From Eledone cirrhosa (lineage: Eukaryota), in the NCBI GenBank assembly GCA_964016885.1, contig OZ024750.1, positions 29,140,001 through 29,204,000 of the forward strand: a stretch of 64,000 bases of DNA, read 5' to 3'. This document shows, piece by piece, positions 25,501 through 40,700 of the stretch. The position numbers and the translations under genes are program-made. Every line of letters begins with the position of its first letter. Within the stretch, counting starts at the first letter, position 1. The notes under the pieces were generated by a model. It searched no databases. It had not been told where the DNA came from and saw only the letters and a program-made list of their open reading frames with translations.

Positions 25501-28500
25501 ACTGTACTTTATATATATAGTATATATACTGTACTTTATATATATAGTATATATACTGTACTTTATATATATAGTATATATACTGTACTTTATATATATA
25601 GTATATATACTGTACTTTATATATATATAGTATATATACTGTACTTTATATATATATAGTATATATACTGTACTTTATACACACATATAGTATATATACT
25701 GTACTTTATACACACATATAGTATATATACTGTACTTTATACACACACATATATATAGTAATAATAATAAATTTGAAGACTAAAATCCAAAGAGGGCTCG
25801 AATATATATATATTTATTTATTGTACTTCACTCTACAAGTTTTTAATTTGTTTGAATTTTAGTATTTTGTCATATCAGCTGATTGTGTCTGTCTCATAAC
25901 TTAGCAGTATTGATGATGGAGATTGATAAAATAAGTACCAGGATTCTAAAACTAAGCACTGGGGTAAATATGGTTGATTTGATGGTGGTGCCCTAGCATG
26001 GCCACAGTCTAATGACTGAAACTGGCAAAAGAATGTGGTTCTCCAGCATAGCCACAGTCTAAAGATTGAAATTGGTAAAAGACAAAATAATGTGTTGCTC
26101 CAGCATGGCTACAGTCTAATGACAAAAGAATGTGTATGATACTTACTAGAGAAAATTTTAATATCATCAAATATGGCAACATTCATTTTACTATCTTTAC
26201 ACGGGAGTAGCTGTGATCTGATACAGCCACCAATTGTGGCACCTGTAGTGAAGAGAAAGATAGAAAGATTAGTTTATAGAGGTGAACACAGAGTACTGTA
26301 GAGCGGTGAACACAACAGAGTACTGTAGAGAGGTGAACACAACAGAGTACTGTAGAGAGGTGAACACAACAGAGTACTGTAGAGAGGTGAACACAACAGA
26401 GTACTGTAGAGAGGTGAACACAACAACAGAGTATTATAGAGAGGTGAACACATCAACAGAGTATTATAGAGAGGTGAACACATCAACAGAGTATTATGGA
26501 GAGGTGAACACATCAACAGAGTATCATAGAGAGGTGAACACATCAACAGAGTATTATAGAGAGGTGAACACAACAGAGTACTGTAGAGAGGTGAACACAA
26601 CAACAGAGTATTATAGAGAGGTGAACACATCAACAGAGTATTATAGAGAGGTGAACACAACAACAGAGTATTATAGAGAGGTGAACACAACAACAGAGTA
26701 TTATAGAGAGGTGAACACAACAACAGAGTATTATAGAGAGGTGAACGCATCAACAGAGTATTATAGAGAGGTGAACACATCAACAGAGTATTATGGAGAG
26801 GTGAACACATCAACAGAGTATCATAGAGAGGTGAACACATCAACAGAGTATCATAGAGAGGTGAACACAACAGAGTATTATAGAGAGGTGAACACATCAA
26901 CAGAGTATCATAGAGGGGTGAACACAACACAGTACTGTAGAGAGGGTAACACATCAATAGAGTATCAGAGAGCTATGTTGGGAGGATGGCAAAATTGATT
27001 ATATTGACCCTGGTACTTGATTGGTACTTTATTTCATTGACCCAGGATAGATGAAAAGTTAAGTTGGATTTGAACTCAGGACAGAAAAACAAATACTGCA
27101 ATGGCATTTTATCCAAACTCTAACAATTCTGCCAACCCATGATTTATGCACAAAGCCAATCATTTTTGGAAAAGAGAAAGTCAATTTAATTAAGCTCAGT
27201 GCATTACTGGTACTGTACCTTTATCAACCCCATTAAGATGAAATTTGAACTCAATGTAAAGGACCGTAACTATGCCGCAAAGAATGTCTGATGTTCTACC
27301 GATTCTGCCAATCTACTACCCTCATAATAATAATAATTGTTTCTACTTTAGACACAAGGCCAGCAATCACCCAGTGCATTACTGGTACTTTATTTTATCG
27401 ACCCCGTAAGGATGAAAGGCAAAGTCAACCTCGGCGGGATTTGAACTCAGATCATAAAAGGATGTAACTATGCTGGAAAGCATGGCGTCCGACCCTCTAC
27501 CGATACTGCCAATCCAATGGTTTCTTTATTGACCACAAGGACTAGCATGAAGAAAAACAGACGGTCCAGAAAGGTACAGGGCGATACAAAGTGGGTTTTG
27601 GCCGTTAAAAAGGTTATAACGAGAAAATTGAAATGTGTAAAAACAAATTTAAAAAATTCAAATAATAATAAAAAGACTTACCATTGACTATGATTTCTAA
27701 CATATCTGAATTACCAGCTGACTGCACAATGAAACGAGGCAAGCGAGATCCTTCTTCAGCTTCTGTGATTGGAGGTTTCTTCCAAAGTAATGGATATTCT
27801 ACAGAATTATAAATATAAATGCTGTACTTAAAGATACGTTTTGAACAAATGTGTGGGTTTCATTGCTATTAATGGGTCTGTAGCGGTTGTCTCCCTTGTT
27901 TTGATTGGGATCTAGACGGGAGGTGGAGCCCTTTCTGCAACTTCCGGTCAGAGCCCTATAAAACTAACAACTTTAAGCTTCCTTCCTCTCTTTGCCTTTT
28001 CGGCACCAGGTCGAAGAGCCTCTCATTTGGCTCTGCCATTAATTTGGCCAACAGGCGCCTGGCCTTAGCCAGGCGCCCTCTGCCAGCCGCGTTTGCCTGG
28101 CAATCAAAACGGTAACTACTAACTTTGTTTCATTCTAACATCTATCTTTGACATGTCAAGTATTCTATCTACCGTTAATTAAATATTATATACACAAACA
28201 TTGTCTCGTTTTGTTACATTCATGCAAACCAGTTTCCTCGCTATAGGTCCATTGTTATTTTATGATCTTAAATGGTCTACAAATATATATTTAACCCTTT
28301 AGCAATCAAACTGGCCGTATCTGGTCTCAATTCTCTCACCTCTTTCTGTTCAAACCGGACATAACTGGCCACTCATACTTATGTTAGGGTAGTATTCTCA
28401 AAATAAATATCAAAATCTCATAGATTATATGAAAATAAAACTTAATAAAATAACAAATACCAATTGAAATCCCCAATAGGGGGGAGGCGTTACACAGGGG

Positions 28501-29579
28501 TTGTACACGCCCCGAAAAAATGTACAACCCTCATCTCCAGGAGCACCAAGAGTGAGTACTCCCTCTTTTTCTTCAACCTACAGGCTTATATAGAGAGAAA
28601 GCCCAACCACTCAGGCCATCTTTGCCACATTCACCCACCTTTCATAAAATTTGCTGGGGTACAGCACCTCTTTCTCCATCCTGATTCTTCTTCCAAAATG
28701 ATACTTGAACAAACGAATCAGTTGTTAGAGAGAGAGAATGTAACGTCCAGTTACTGTAGGTTCATCAGAGTGGGCACTTGATGCGTAGTTCCCAGTAAGT
28801 TTAGAGGTGTAGAACAAAGCATAGTGTAATAATAATACAAAGGACGATATGTCTTCATTATGTAATGAAGACATAACATTGTCCTTTATATCATCATCAT
28901 CATCGTTTAACGTCCATCTTCCATGCTTGCATGGGTTTGGACGGAAATTTTCCCACGTGAGGCAAGATTGGTTGTCTTGCTCATATAGGACTGTCTGGCG
29001 GGTTTTCTACAGCTGGATGCCCTTCCTAACACCAACCACGTTTACAGTGTGGACTGGGAGGTTTTTACCGTGTTACCTACACGGCCACATTGCAGCGTGG
29101 ACTGTGTTTTTTTTTGTCGTGACACCTACACAACCTCATTTATTTCGGACTGGATGTTGTGGTACCAACATAACTTTACATCGAAAGGGGTGGTGTGGAT
29201 GGGGTGGGCGTGGTGGGAGGGGGGTGTATTTTTGTTAGAGGTGCCTACTGACTGTAGGTTTTGCTTATATATATATATTCCGATGATTTGCTCAGAGACG
29301 CACAATGTATTTAATGTTGAGTGACTCACTTTCGAGTGATTAGCGGCCTTTAGACTCACCTGATCAATGAAACAACAGGGCTAACACCCTCTGGTGGTGT
29401 CCAGCAGAAGCTAGAGGGGACAATCGTCGATGCATTTCTGACTTAACTGGTCCTCATCAGGACCATCCCTCCCCCCACTTGCGACTTCTGGACTTGAAAA
29501 CAGTTGAGAATATATAGTTTTCTCATCTGTGCAAATGAGGTGATTAATCTCATTTGCATATGAAGCTGCATAAGTTGGC

Positions 29580-29630
<51 letters not shown>

Positions 29631-31525
29631 TATACACACACGTACACATATATACACACATAAATATACACACACACACACACAGTATTATACACCCAAG
29701 AGAGATGACACTTTATGTTTGCAGTATTATATACAAAAGTTAAAAAGAAAATTATGACAGAGCCAACAAGATTTTAAAAGAGTTTGAAATAAAGAGAATT
29801 ATTAACCTTTAATTTTTAGAGCTCCTAAATGCATCAGCATGTGTCGCGCTTGATCTAGATTTGGAAGCTACAACAAAGTGAAGAGAGGAGACAAAAAATT
29901 AAAAAAACATCAGTCAGAAAAATCTATACACATAGGCCAACAATTCTGGAAGAAGGGAAAGTTGATTAATCGACCCCCAGTACATTACTGGTACTTTATT
30001 TTATCGATCCTGTAAAAATGGTTTCTTATATAAGCACAAGGCCAGCAATTTTGGGGGAGGGGAAAGTTGATTAAATTGACCCCAGAGTGTGACCGTTACT
30101 TTACTTTATTGACCCTGTAAGAATGAAAGGCAAAGCTAACCAAGGTGGGATTTGAACACAGATCGTAAAGGACCGTAGCTCTATGCTGCAAAGCATGTTG
30201 TCCAACTCTACTGATACTGCCAATCCACCACTCTAATAATGATGATAATAATGATAATAACTACTATAATAATAACGATAACGATGATGAATTTATTTTA
30301 TTTACCCTGCAAGAATGAAAGGCAAAGCTAACCAAGGTGGGATTTGAACTCAGAATCTATGATGGAGTGTGTTTGTGTGTGCTTATGTGTGTTTAGGTGT
30401 ACAACTTCAGCTACCTCCCTTATACCCTATGAAAGGGTTAACATCTGTACAACTTCAGCTACCTCCCTTATACCCTATGAAAGGGTTAACTTCTGTACAA
30501 CTTCAGCTACCTCCCTTATACCCTATGAAAGGGTTAACTTCTGTACAACTTCAGCTACCTCCCTTATACCCTATGAAAGGGTTAACTTCTGTACAACTTC
30601 AGCTACCTCCCTTATACCCTATGAAAGGGTTAACTTCTGTACAACTTCAGCTACCTCCCTTATACCCTATGAAAGGGTTAACTTCTGTACAACTTCAGCT
30701 ACCTCCCTTATACCCTATGAAAGGGTTAACATATGTACAACTTCAGCTACCTCCCTTATACCCTATGAAAGGGTTAACTTCTGTACAACTTCAGCTACCT
30801 CCCTTATACCCTATGAAAGGGTTAACATCTGTACAACTTCAGCTACCTCCCTTATACCCTATGAAAGGGTTAACTTCTGTACAACTTCAGCTACCTCCCT
30901 TATACCCTATGAAAGGGTTAACTTCTGTACAACTTCAGCTACCTCCCTTATACCCTATGAAAGGGTTAACTTCTGTACAACTTCAGCTACCTCCCTTATA
31001 CCCTATGAAAGGGTTAACTTCTGTACAACTTCAGCTACCTCCCTTATACCCTATGAAAGGGTTAACTTCTGTACAACTTCAGCTACCTCCCTTATACCCT
31101 ATGAAAGGGTTAACTTCTGTACAACTTCAGCTACCTCCCTTATACCCTATGAAAGGGTTAACTTCTGTACAACTTCAGCTACCTCCCTTATACCCTATGA
31201 AAGGGTTAACTTCTGTACAACTTCAGCTACCTCCCTTATACCCTATGAAAGGGTTAACTTCTGTACAACTTCAGCTACCTCCCTTATACCCTATGAAAGG
31301 GCTAACATCTGTACAACTTCAGCTACCTCCCTTATACCCTATGAAAGGGTTAACTTCTGTACAACTTCAGCTACCTCCCTTATACTCCGTGAAAGGGTCA
31401 ACTCCTTAATATCCTATCAAGCTTTCTTTAAAGTTGTTCTTATTTTACCCTAAATACTCGTGTATTGTATGGTCACAGTGTTGGGCTTGATAGAATGCGC
31501 GGAACTGTTTTCATTAATTTAACCA

Positions 31526-31558
<33 letters not shown>

Positions 31559-31695
31559 TCATTCAAAGTGTGAAAAATAAAAATGAAAATTTGAATTTAA
31601 AAAAAAAAAAATTCAAATAGGGAAGGCCAATAGGAGGCAAAATAAAAAACTATTTTTCCTATACAAAATGTTGGGAGAGCAATGCACTGAGAGGA

Positions 31696-31740
<45 letters not shown>

Positions 31741-34700
31741 AAAAGAAAGAGATAGCTATCACCATAGTAACTAACTACACAGCAAGTGACTCTTTCCTGC
31801 TGATACTCCAAGTTTGTTGCCAACCGTTGTTGCCGGCTTGTGTGTTCATTACTCAAGACATCATTTGTCACTCGAGATATTTTGTGTTCGGAAAAATTGT
31901 CCGTGAACCAATTTGTTTGTGCCGGGGTTTCTCTGTACAAGCCAATACTTTTGTTATCTAAATTCTGTCAGAAAAGCTTTGTTTCTTAGTTAAAAGGCAG
32001 CCTCCTTATAGAAGGATTTCAAAGAATTAGAAGAGAAAGACACATACATTCATGAAGACATGGAAAGAAGGAAATACAAAATAAAATGAAAGGCACTTAC
32101 CAGAGATTTTAAGTCGGATTCTTTCATTTCTAAAAATTTTCCATATGTATTAAAACCCTTTTGCACAACCCTGTTAGCAAACTCTTCTGCAAAGCACATC
32201 TGTTCAAGTTCAGTAAAAATCCGTTTTTCAGCGCCGTATAAATTGATGCCCTGAAAACAGATGCAGCTTCCCCCGTGGTTGTCAATGATGAGGAGCTGCC
32301 AGAAACGGGAGCTGTCGGAAAAGCCATCAAAGATCTGAGCTGTTCCTGAAGTTAATGAACAAGGAGAAATATGTAAATATGTAAAGCAAAAAATAATTTA
32401 CATAGATGTTGTATATTTGACAGGTGAGGGACTGTACATTCAACAGGTAAAGAGCTGCATATTTGACAGATAAGGTACTGTACATTCGACAGATAAGGTA
32501 CTGTACATTCGACAGATAAGGTACTGTACATTCGACAGATAAGGTACTGCACATTCGACAGATAAGGTACTGCACATTCGACAGATAAGGTACTGCACAT
32601 TCGACAGATAAGGTACTGCACATTCGACAGATAAGGTACTGTACATTCGACAGATAAGGTACTGTACATTCGACAGATAAGGTACTGTACATTCGACAGA
32701 TAAGGTACTGTACATTCGACAGATAAGGTACTGTACATTCGACAGATAAGGTACTGTACATTCGACAGATAAGGTACTGCACATTCGACAGATAAGGTTC
32801 TATACATTTGACAGATAAAGTTTTGACTTAAGAGTTAACAGTCATTATGTCAATATATGAAGATCTAAGAAACAGAAAGAGTTAAAGACCAAGTTAAAGA
32901 ATTATTTGAACAGTAACTAAATGTTATCTATAAACATTCTTATATTTCCTTGGTGTGAAATTGTGTGTTGAAACAGATATCATGCTTTATGATGGTCTTC
33001 TCTTCTTCACCCATTTCTTCCTGAGAGGGTCGTGGAAGTAGAGTCCTTAAACACTCCCTCCAGCGGATCTTGTCAGAAGTAACTGTCCAACTGATCCAGC
33101 TTGATCCCCAAGCTCATTGATGTTATCCAACCATCTTGCTTGGGGTCTACCTATGGGTCTCCTACCAGTTGGTTTTGCCCATAAAATCTGTCCAACGATT
33201 CTTTTCTGAGACATTCTAACCACATGCCCATAGTATTGGAGCTGTGATCTCTTAATTTGGAGAAGTAGTGGCTCTACCTGGAGTGACTCTCTTATCTCTG
33301 AGCTACGTACTCTATTGAGCAACATTACTCCAAAGACCATACTACAAATGTACAACAATATAAAAAGATCAATTCCAATTGTGAAACTAAACTCTTTAGT
33401 TGGTTATATATACCTAAGTACTTGTTAGAAGCTTATTTTATTCATTTCAAATTGAAGGAAAAAGTTGGGCATTGCTGGAATGTCTTTGATCATAGATCTG
33501 CTTGATCAGGACTGACCTGGGGCTAAAGATCAACAACAGTAATATTGCTACTGAAAGATCAAAATCTTGGTATTGTATCTGAGGCAATATTCAGTTAACC
33601 CATTAACATTTAAACTGGCCATATCCAGCCAGAATTCTCTCACCTATTTCTGTTCAAACCAGCCATAACTCACCACTCATATTGATGTTAAGGTATTGTT
33701 CTCAAAATAAATAATATCAAAATCTCAGATTCAATATTAAGTAAGATAAAGCCTTTACTACGAAAATACAATAGTAAATATAGAGTAATGTAAATGCTAA
33801 AGGGTTAACGGCATCAGTTTTAATCTAATCTCTCATACAAATCCTTTATACAGATTTATTGAATGTTTGTTTTTCTTAATTAGAAATTTGATTTTAAATC
33901 AAATAAAATACTGTATATACTTGTATATAAGCTGAGAAATATGTGACAAAACTATCAATGGTAAAATTGGGGATGACAGGGTTGGCTTATATTCAAGGTT
34001 AATATTTTGTTGCTTTTAACCAATTTCAATTTTCTGAGGTGCTAAAATATTTTCGCTTTGGAGGTGAATTTTACACCAGTTTCACTTCAGAGGCGAAATT
34101 CATTTTTTATATGTTTTGAATGAATATAGTCTTCAAAACGTTCAGAAATTGGTAAAAAAGTCATTATGTAATGGAGTTGTGAAACAAAATATACTCTAAA
34201 CAGCTGTTAAAACATTTTAAATATCAAAATATTAAAACTTCATAATTATATTCCCCACTCATGAGAATTTCAAAACCACATTATCTAAACAATGTGTTGA
34301 TTAGCGACCCAAGCTTATACATGGGGTTTGGATTTTTGCCTATTTCGCAGACACAAATAGTTGGGAGGTGGGGGTGGGCAGCTTATATTCAAGTATATAC
34401 AGTAATTAATGTTTGTCAAAATATTTCCACTTACCTGGGTCCTTAGGATCACTACTACCTTCTGATTTACATGCAAAATGAACTACAGTTGACCAGGGAC
34501 CTCTGTGAAACAAATAATACAGATTTTAGAGAGAAACAAAATACAATTAGGCCTTATTTCGACTCCTGGACTGAGTTGTGTGTTGTGTTCTTGAACAAAA
34601 CACTTCATTTCACATTGATTCAGTATACTCACGTTTTCTACGGTTGGGTGCCCTTCCTAACAACACCAACCATATTTACAGTGTGGACTGTTTTTTATCC

Positions 34701-37647
34701 CCTCTCTTTCCTTTTTTTTCCTTCCTTTTTTTTGTTTTTAATTATCCAAATGAGATGGATAGACATGGCTTAGTGGTTAGAGCATTGGCCTTGCAATCGA
34801 AAGGTTGTGAGTTCAATTCTCAGACCAGGTGATGTGTTGTTTCCTTGAGCAAGACACTTTATTTCACATTGCTCCAGTTTACTCAGCTGTAGAAATGAGA
34901 TGATAGGGACTGGGGTCCATATCATTCCACTGCAAAGTGGTCGTGGAGGTGCCACGGCAAAAAAGCACCCAGCACTCACTGTAAATGAGGTTGGTGTTAG
35001 GAAGGGCATCCAGCTGTAGAAATCAAGCCAGTATCAGTTCCCGTCCCACCCTTGCAAGCAGGGTAAAAGCGGATCTAGATAGATACTGTATTGTAATGTT
35101 TTTGTTTCATTATCAATAGTATTTATTTTCTCTTTAGAGTCATGGTGATAGCAATGAACTTGATTACTGGCAACAGATATGTACTGAGAACAAAGTCATA
35201 TAGTGAACAAAGCCATACAGTGAACAATGTAATAGTGAACAATGTGATACAATGAACAATGTGATACAGTGAACAATGTGATACAGTGAACAATGTGATA
35301 CAGTGAACAAAGTCATACAGTGAACAATGCCATGTAGTGAACAATGTAATACAGTGAACAAAGGCACCCCTGATTCCTGCTATGCTTTAAAAATCCTTTG
35401 GCCTGTCAATCACATTCAACTGTTACACACACCCAACCACATACTCACAGTAAAGTTTGAACTCCAATTATTCCCATTCATCATCATCATTTCTGTTCAG
35501 TGTCCATTCTTTCATGCTTGCATGGGTTAGATGGGTTGTCCATGCCGGAAGGCAAGTCTGGCCATATTGCACCTTGCTCCAGCGAGGACTTTATCTTGTC
35601 TTATGACATGCAGCGATGTGGTGCATCTTGTGTCTTATGACATGCAGGGATGTGGTGCATCTTGTGTCTTATGACATGCAGGGATGTCGTGTATCTTGTC
35701 TTATGACATGCAGGGATGTCGTGTATCTTGTCTTATGACATGCAGGGATGTCGTGTATCTTGTCTTATGACATGCAGGGATGTCGTGTATCTTATGTCTT
35801 ATGACATGCAAGGATGTCGTGTATCTTGTGTCTTATGACATGCAGGGATGTCGTGTATCTTGTGTCTTATGACATGCAAGGATGTCGTGTATCTTGTGTC
35901 TTATGACATGCAAGGATGTCGTGTATCTTGTGTCTTATGACATGCAGGGATGTCGTGTATCTTGTGTCTTATGACATGCAGGGATGTCGTGTATCTTGTG
36001 TCTTATGACATGCAGGGATGTTGTGTATCTTGTGTCTTATGACATGCAGGGATGTCGTGTATCTTGTCTTATGACATGCAAGGATGTCGTGTATCTTGTG
36101 TCTTATGACATGCAGGGATGTCATGTATCTTGTGTTTTATGACATGCAGGGATGTTATGTATCTTGTCTTATGACATGCAGGGATGTTATGTATCTTGTC
36201 TTATGACATGCAGGGATGTCGTGTATCTTGTCTTATGACATGCAGCGATGTCGGGTATCTTGTGTCTTATGACATGCAGCGATGTCGGGTATCTTATCTA
36301 ATGACATGCAGCGATGCCGGGTATCTTATCTAATGACATGCAGCGATGTTGGGTATCTTGTCTTATGACCTGCAGCGATGTGGTGTATCTTGTCTAATAA
36401 CAATCAGCGATGTTGGGTATCTTGTGTTTTATGACATGCAGAAATATGATGTATCTATCCTAAAAACTAGGACACACATGAACATGTTATGATAAAACAT
36501 TTCAACTTACTCAATTGTATAACCTTTCCGTAGTTCAAAATTTTTGACCATATTTGGACTGTCCCTGAAAAATATTTCAAATCTTCAACATTTATAACAA
36601 AACAAGAGAAAGCTGGAGGTGTTGTATTACAAAAGAAATAAGGATATTCATGAATAAATGGACAATTTATTTCATAGAATCACAAAACTGAACACCAATT
36701 TGTGTTTGTTTGATCATCCAATCCAATCCAGAGCCTTCTTACTCCTGCTGGAGGAACCCCTGCCTGGTTGACCTCCACCACTTTCCATTTAGTATTGGTC
36801 ATGTTTGGTGTGTAGTTGTACTCACCAAGCTTGGCGAGACTAAAAGACCCCCTTCGGTCACGAATGACCACGAGATTTGCACCTAGAAAGTTTCCCCTCC
36901 GAGGCACAAGTCCGGGCAAGGTTGTTTGACCATGCATACCAGCTTCCCCTCTCCACGCCACCGATATTCTATAAGGGAAAGGCAATAGCCAATATAGCTT
37001 GACACCAGTGACGTCGCAACTCATTTCTACAGTTGAGTAACGTGAAATAAAGTGTCTTGCTCAAGGACATAATGCATCCACCGGCCCAAGAATCGAACTC
37101 ACAGCCTTCCGATTGAAAGCCTAATGCTTTAACCACTAAGCCATGTGCCTTCACTATGGTGAGACTAACCCTTTTGGTAACAAACCACCTGAAATCTCCC
37201 CTGGTTCTATGAGGCTGTTTATTTTGAAGAGTTTATATTTATCTAAAAACCTTTTATCATAATTTTATATGAGTACCTTTGTTAAGTTATGTTCCTGCAC
37301 TTTAGCATTTAAATTTGTTCATGTGTCTCTGTTCAAACCAGCTGTAACTGGCCACTCATACTAATGTTAAGGTATTGTTCTCAAAATAAATAATATCAAA
37401 ATCTCAGATTCGATATTATGTGAGATAAAACCTTTACTCTATATTTACTATTGTACTTTTGTGGTAATGTAAATGGTAAAGGGTTAAATACTTCTTTGCC
37501 GAATTATTCCTGGGAAGATTGTGTGGAAGCAGAGGCCTCAGATACACCTTCCAGAGGGTCCGGTCCTATCAGAATTGTCTACAATTGATCTGATGAGATT
37601 GCCAGTTGGTTTTGACTATAAAATCTTTTAACACCAATCCTATAACT

Positions 37648-37701
<54 letters not shown>

Positions 37702-40700
37702 GCTTTAATCTGGGATCTGTTATGTGCAAGAAGGTGATCATGTTAAAACAGTATCAGTATTGCTACTACTTGGGTGAGCTTTCATACAATCACCACCACC
37801 AGCACATGGTATATTTACCTGGGCTCCGACGATCTAAAACAAAACAGTTTCATATAAACATACATCAATATAGAGCAATGAAGTCCCATATAAAACTTCT
37901 AGGATATTTGGAGAAAATATCACAACTATTTTCAACAATAAGTATTTGTTGTATTTGAGTACAGTAACAAACAGTATTCTATTCAAATAATATACACATG
38001 TACAAACACACACACACATATATATATATACACATTTATATTCACACACATATACACACACATACACATATATACATACACACATATATACACACACATA
38101 CACATATATACATACACACATATATACACACACATATATATATACACATATACATATACATATATACACTCATGCATATATACACACACACACGAACACA
38201 CACATGTATACTACACAGACCCACACATAACATTTTTAAATTTTGAAAATTTAGAAGTAAAGGTTGTAAAAAAACATCTCCTCCAGTCAATTTACATAAA
38301 AAAAAAGATTTTTTTAAGAAAAGGTTTCAATTGATTGGCAATATTGATACAGTGTCAGACGCCATGCTTTCCAGCATAGAGTTATGCCCCTTTACGGTCT
38401 GAGTTCAAATCCAGCTGAGGTCAACTTTCCCTTTCATCCTTACGGGGTCGATAAAATAAAGTACCAGTAATGTACTGGGATAATTGCTAGCCTTGTGCCA
38501 AAAGTAGAAACAATTATTGGAACTGTTGTAAACATAAAAAAAAAAAATTAAACAGTACGATGGTGCCCCAGCATGGCCTCATCCTGTTGGTTGGAAGATG
38601 TAATAGTGTAATAGAGAGTGAAATACATTTAAATTTAATTGATGTGTTTTTTTTTTAAAATTACGCTCAATAAAAGAGGCCCAAATAATCTGTAATTTAT
38701 TGGGTTTTAATATTAGAATGTATCAAAGAATACATATACCTATATGTATGTGTGAGTGTGTGAGAGAGGTTTAAAGAATGGGAGAGAAAGTACTCAATCC
38801 CAGAGTAAAGCGTAAGAGTTTGTTTTGGCTGATATTCAGTAGCTTGTTTCTCTAAAGTTTCATTGAGGTGTTGTCGGAAAATTTAATCCAGTATTTTACT
38901 GTTTAAGGAACTAACAATACATTAGGAAAACTCCAGAGCAACAGGAAATTGGACAGCCTAAATAAAACACACACACAAAAGTGTGTGTGTAAAATCTTTG
39001 GTGCCAAGTCCGAGCAGACCACATATCAAGTATTCTATGCATGAGAGGAAGCAGAATGATTGTAGAGAAAAGTAGAAACCCAACTGCAATGCCTAGCAGA
39101 TTAGTCCACCTTGTACAGTGACAGTGCTGGCACAACAACAACAAAAGCTCCCAGTCCACCTTGTAATGTGGCTAACATTAAAAAGGGTATTCAGCCATAG
39201 AAACCAGATCCATATGAGTAAGATGTGGCCTCATGACCTGACATGGATAGTCCCATAATATGTCAACCTTCTTCACCCACTTATTCCTGAGAGGGTCGTG
39301 GGGGTAGAGTCCTCAAACACTCCTTCCAGAGGGTCCTGTCAGAAGCAACCATCTCTAACTGATCCAGGTGGATCTCCAAGCAAGACCAACCAAGCTTATG
39401 GATGTTATCCAACCATCTTGCTCGGGGAATACTGGTGTGTCTCCTTCCTGTTGGTTTTGTCCCTAAAATTTGACCAGCGATTCTTTCCCGAGACATTCTA
39501 ACCACATGCCCATAGTATCGGCTCTACCTGGAGTGACTCTTTGATCTCCGAGTTATGTACTTTATTGAGTAACGTTACTCTAAAGACTCTTTGGAGGAAT
39601 CCCATTTGATAGGCTTGATGTGATAACCTGTCTAACCCAATATGCCTATATATAATTCTGCCAATTCCCACATGCACACACAGCAAAACATTTTTTTTAC
39701 TTCATAAACAAGAGAAAACGTACTCAATACACGTAGAGTATAATATATGAATACATTTGTATTTGGCATATAATAGGATCCTAAGCAAATGAGGCAGTTT
39801 GATATGGTAAAAAAACTAAAAAGAAAATCATTACAATTTAAAATATACACAGATATGACAACAATAATTGGAAGGTTTTACTGTACAATGGCAAGGAGTC
39901 TCCATAGAAGAAATAGACTAAGATGACAAATTGACAACTTTTGAACAGAAATATTGCAAATGACATAATTTAAACATAATATAATATATAACAATATGAT
40001 ATATAAAAACAGGATGTTGGTATCCAAAGATGACAACACCAATTAAAAATAAATAAATAAATAAAAAAATAAAATGGGTCATGCACCATTTGTATAACAT
40101 ATGTACAACAAAGAACATACATTTTATCCCCTGAATAAGCTGCCAAATCCACTGGCATATTAATAAGCTGCCTATTTCATTCACATGCTGGATAACAACT
40201 ATATTGAAATTGTGGGCATGTCTCTACACCAGGTACATCGATTTGGTTAAAACAACTTAGGCAAAAACAGGTCTAGTTAAACAGATCTGGTTAAACAGAT
40301 CTGGTTATACAGGTCTAGTTAAACAGATCCGGTTATACAAGTCTAGTTAAACAGGTCCGGTTATACAGGTCCAGCTATATAGATTCAGCTAAACATATTC
40401 GTATATACAAAAAGATAAGTTGTTGTGTATGCCAATCAGATAGAGAGAAACTTCTTAAAATTCTTACTGTCATACCATACTGATTAAAGTGGTGAAGAGA
40501 ATATTTAAGAGTTTTGGTGAAATCAATTCTAGTCAATATGATTATAATAGGTAGCAGTTGAAGAGGAATTAAGATAGCTAAGACAATATTAGTACTTCCA
40601 GGACATTAATAATACCCCTAGAATAATATTAGTACCACCAGGGCATTATTACCCCTGGGCCATCAACAGTGCCCCTAGGACATTACCGTTTAGCACACTA

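Noticed and set aside
26274-26998. 238-aa and 227-aa repetitive ORFs on both strands
   Set aside because: Minisatellite with 27/30-bp units. The host gene exons splice in frame without it.
30344-31453. 369-aa and 346-aa repeat ORFs; CRISPR-like regular array
   Set aside because: It is a pure tandem 48-bp repeat with no unique spacers and no cas genes, inside a eukaryotic intron.
34765-34835. tRNA-like sequences with A and B boxes
   Set aside because: These are SINE heads that run directly into the CORE domain, with no proper acceptor stem or terminator.
37545-37616. Possible extra - strand exon (ttttatag|TCAAAACC...GGAAG|gtgtat)
   Set aside because: The required phase-2 frame hits a stop, and the flanking exons already join into an intact discoidin-like motif.
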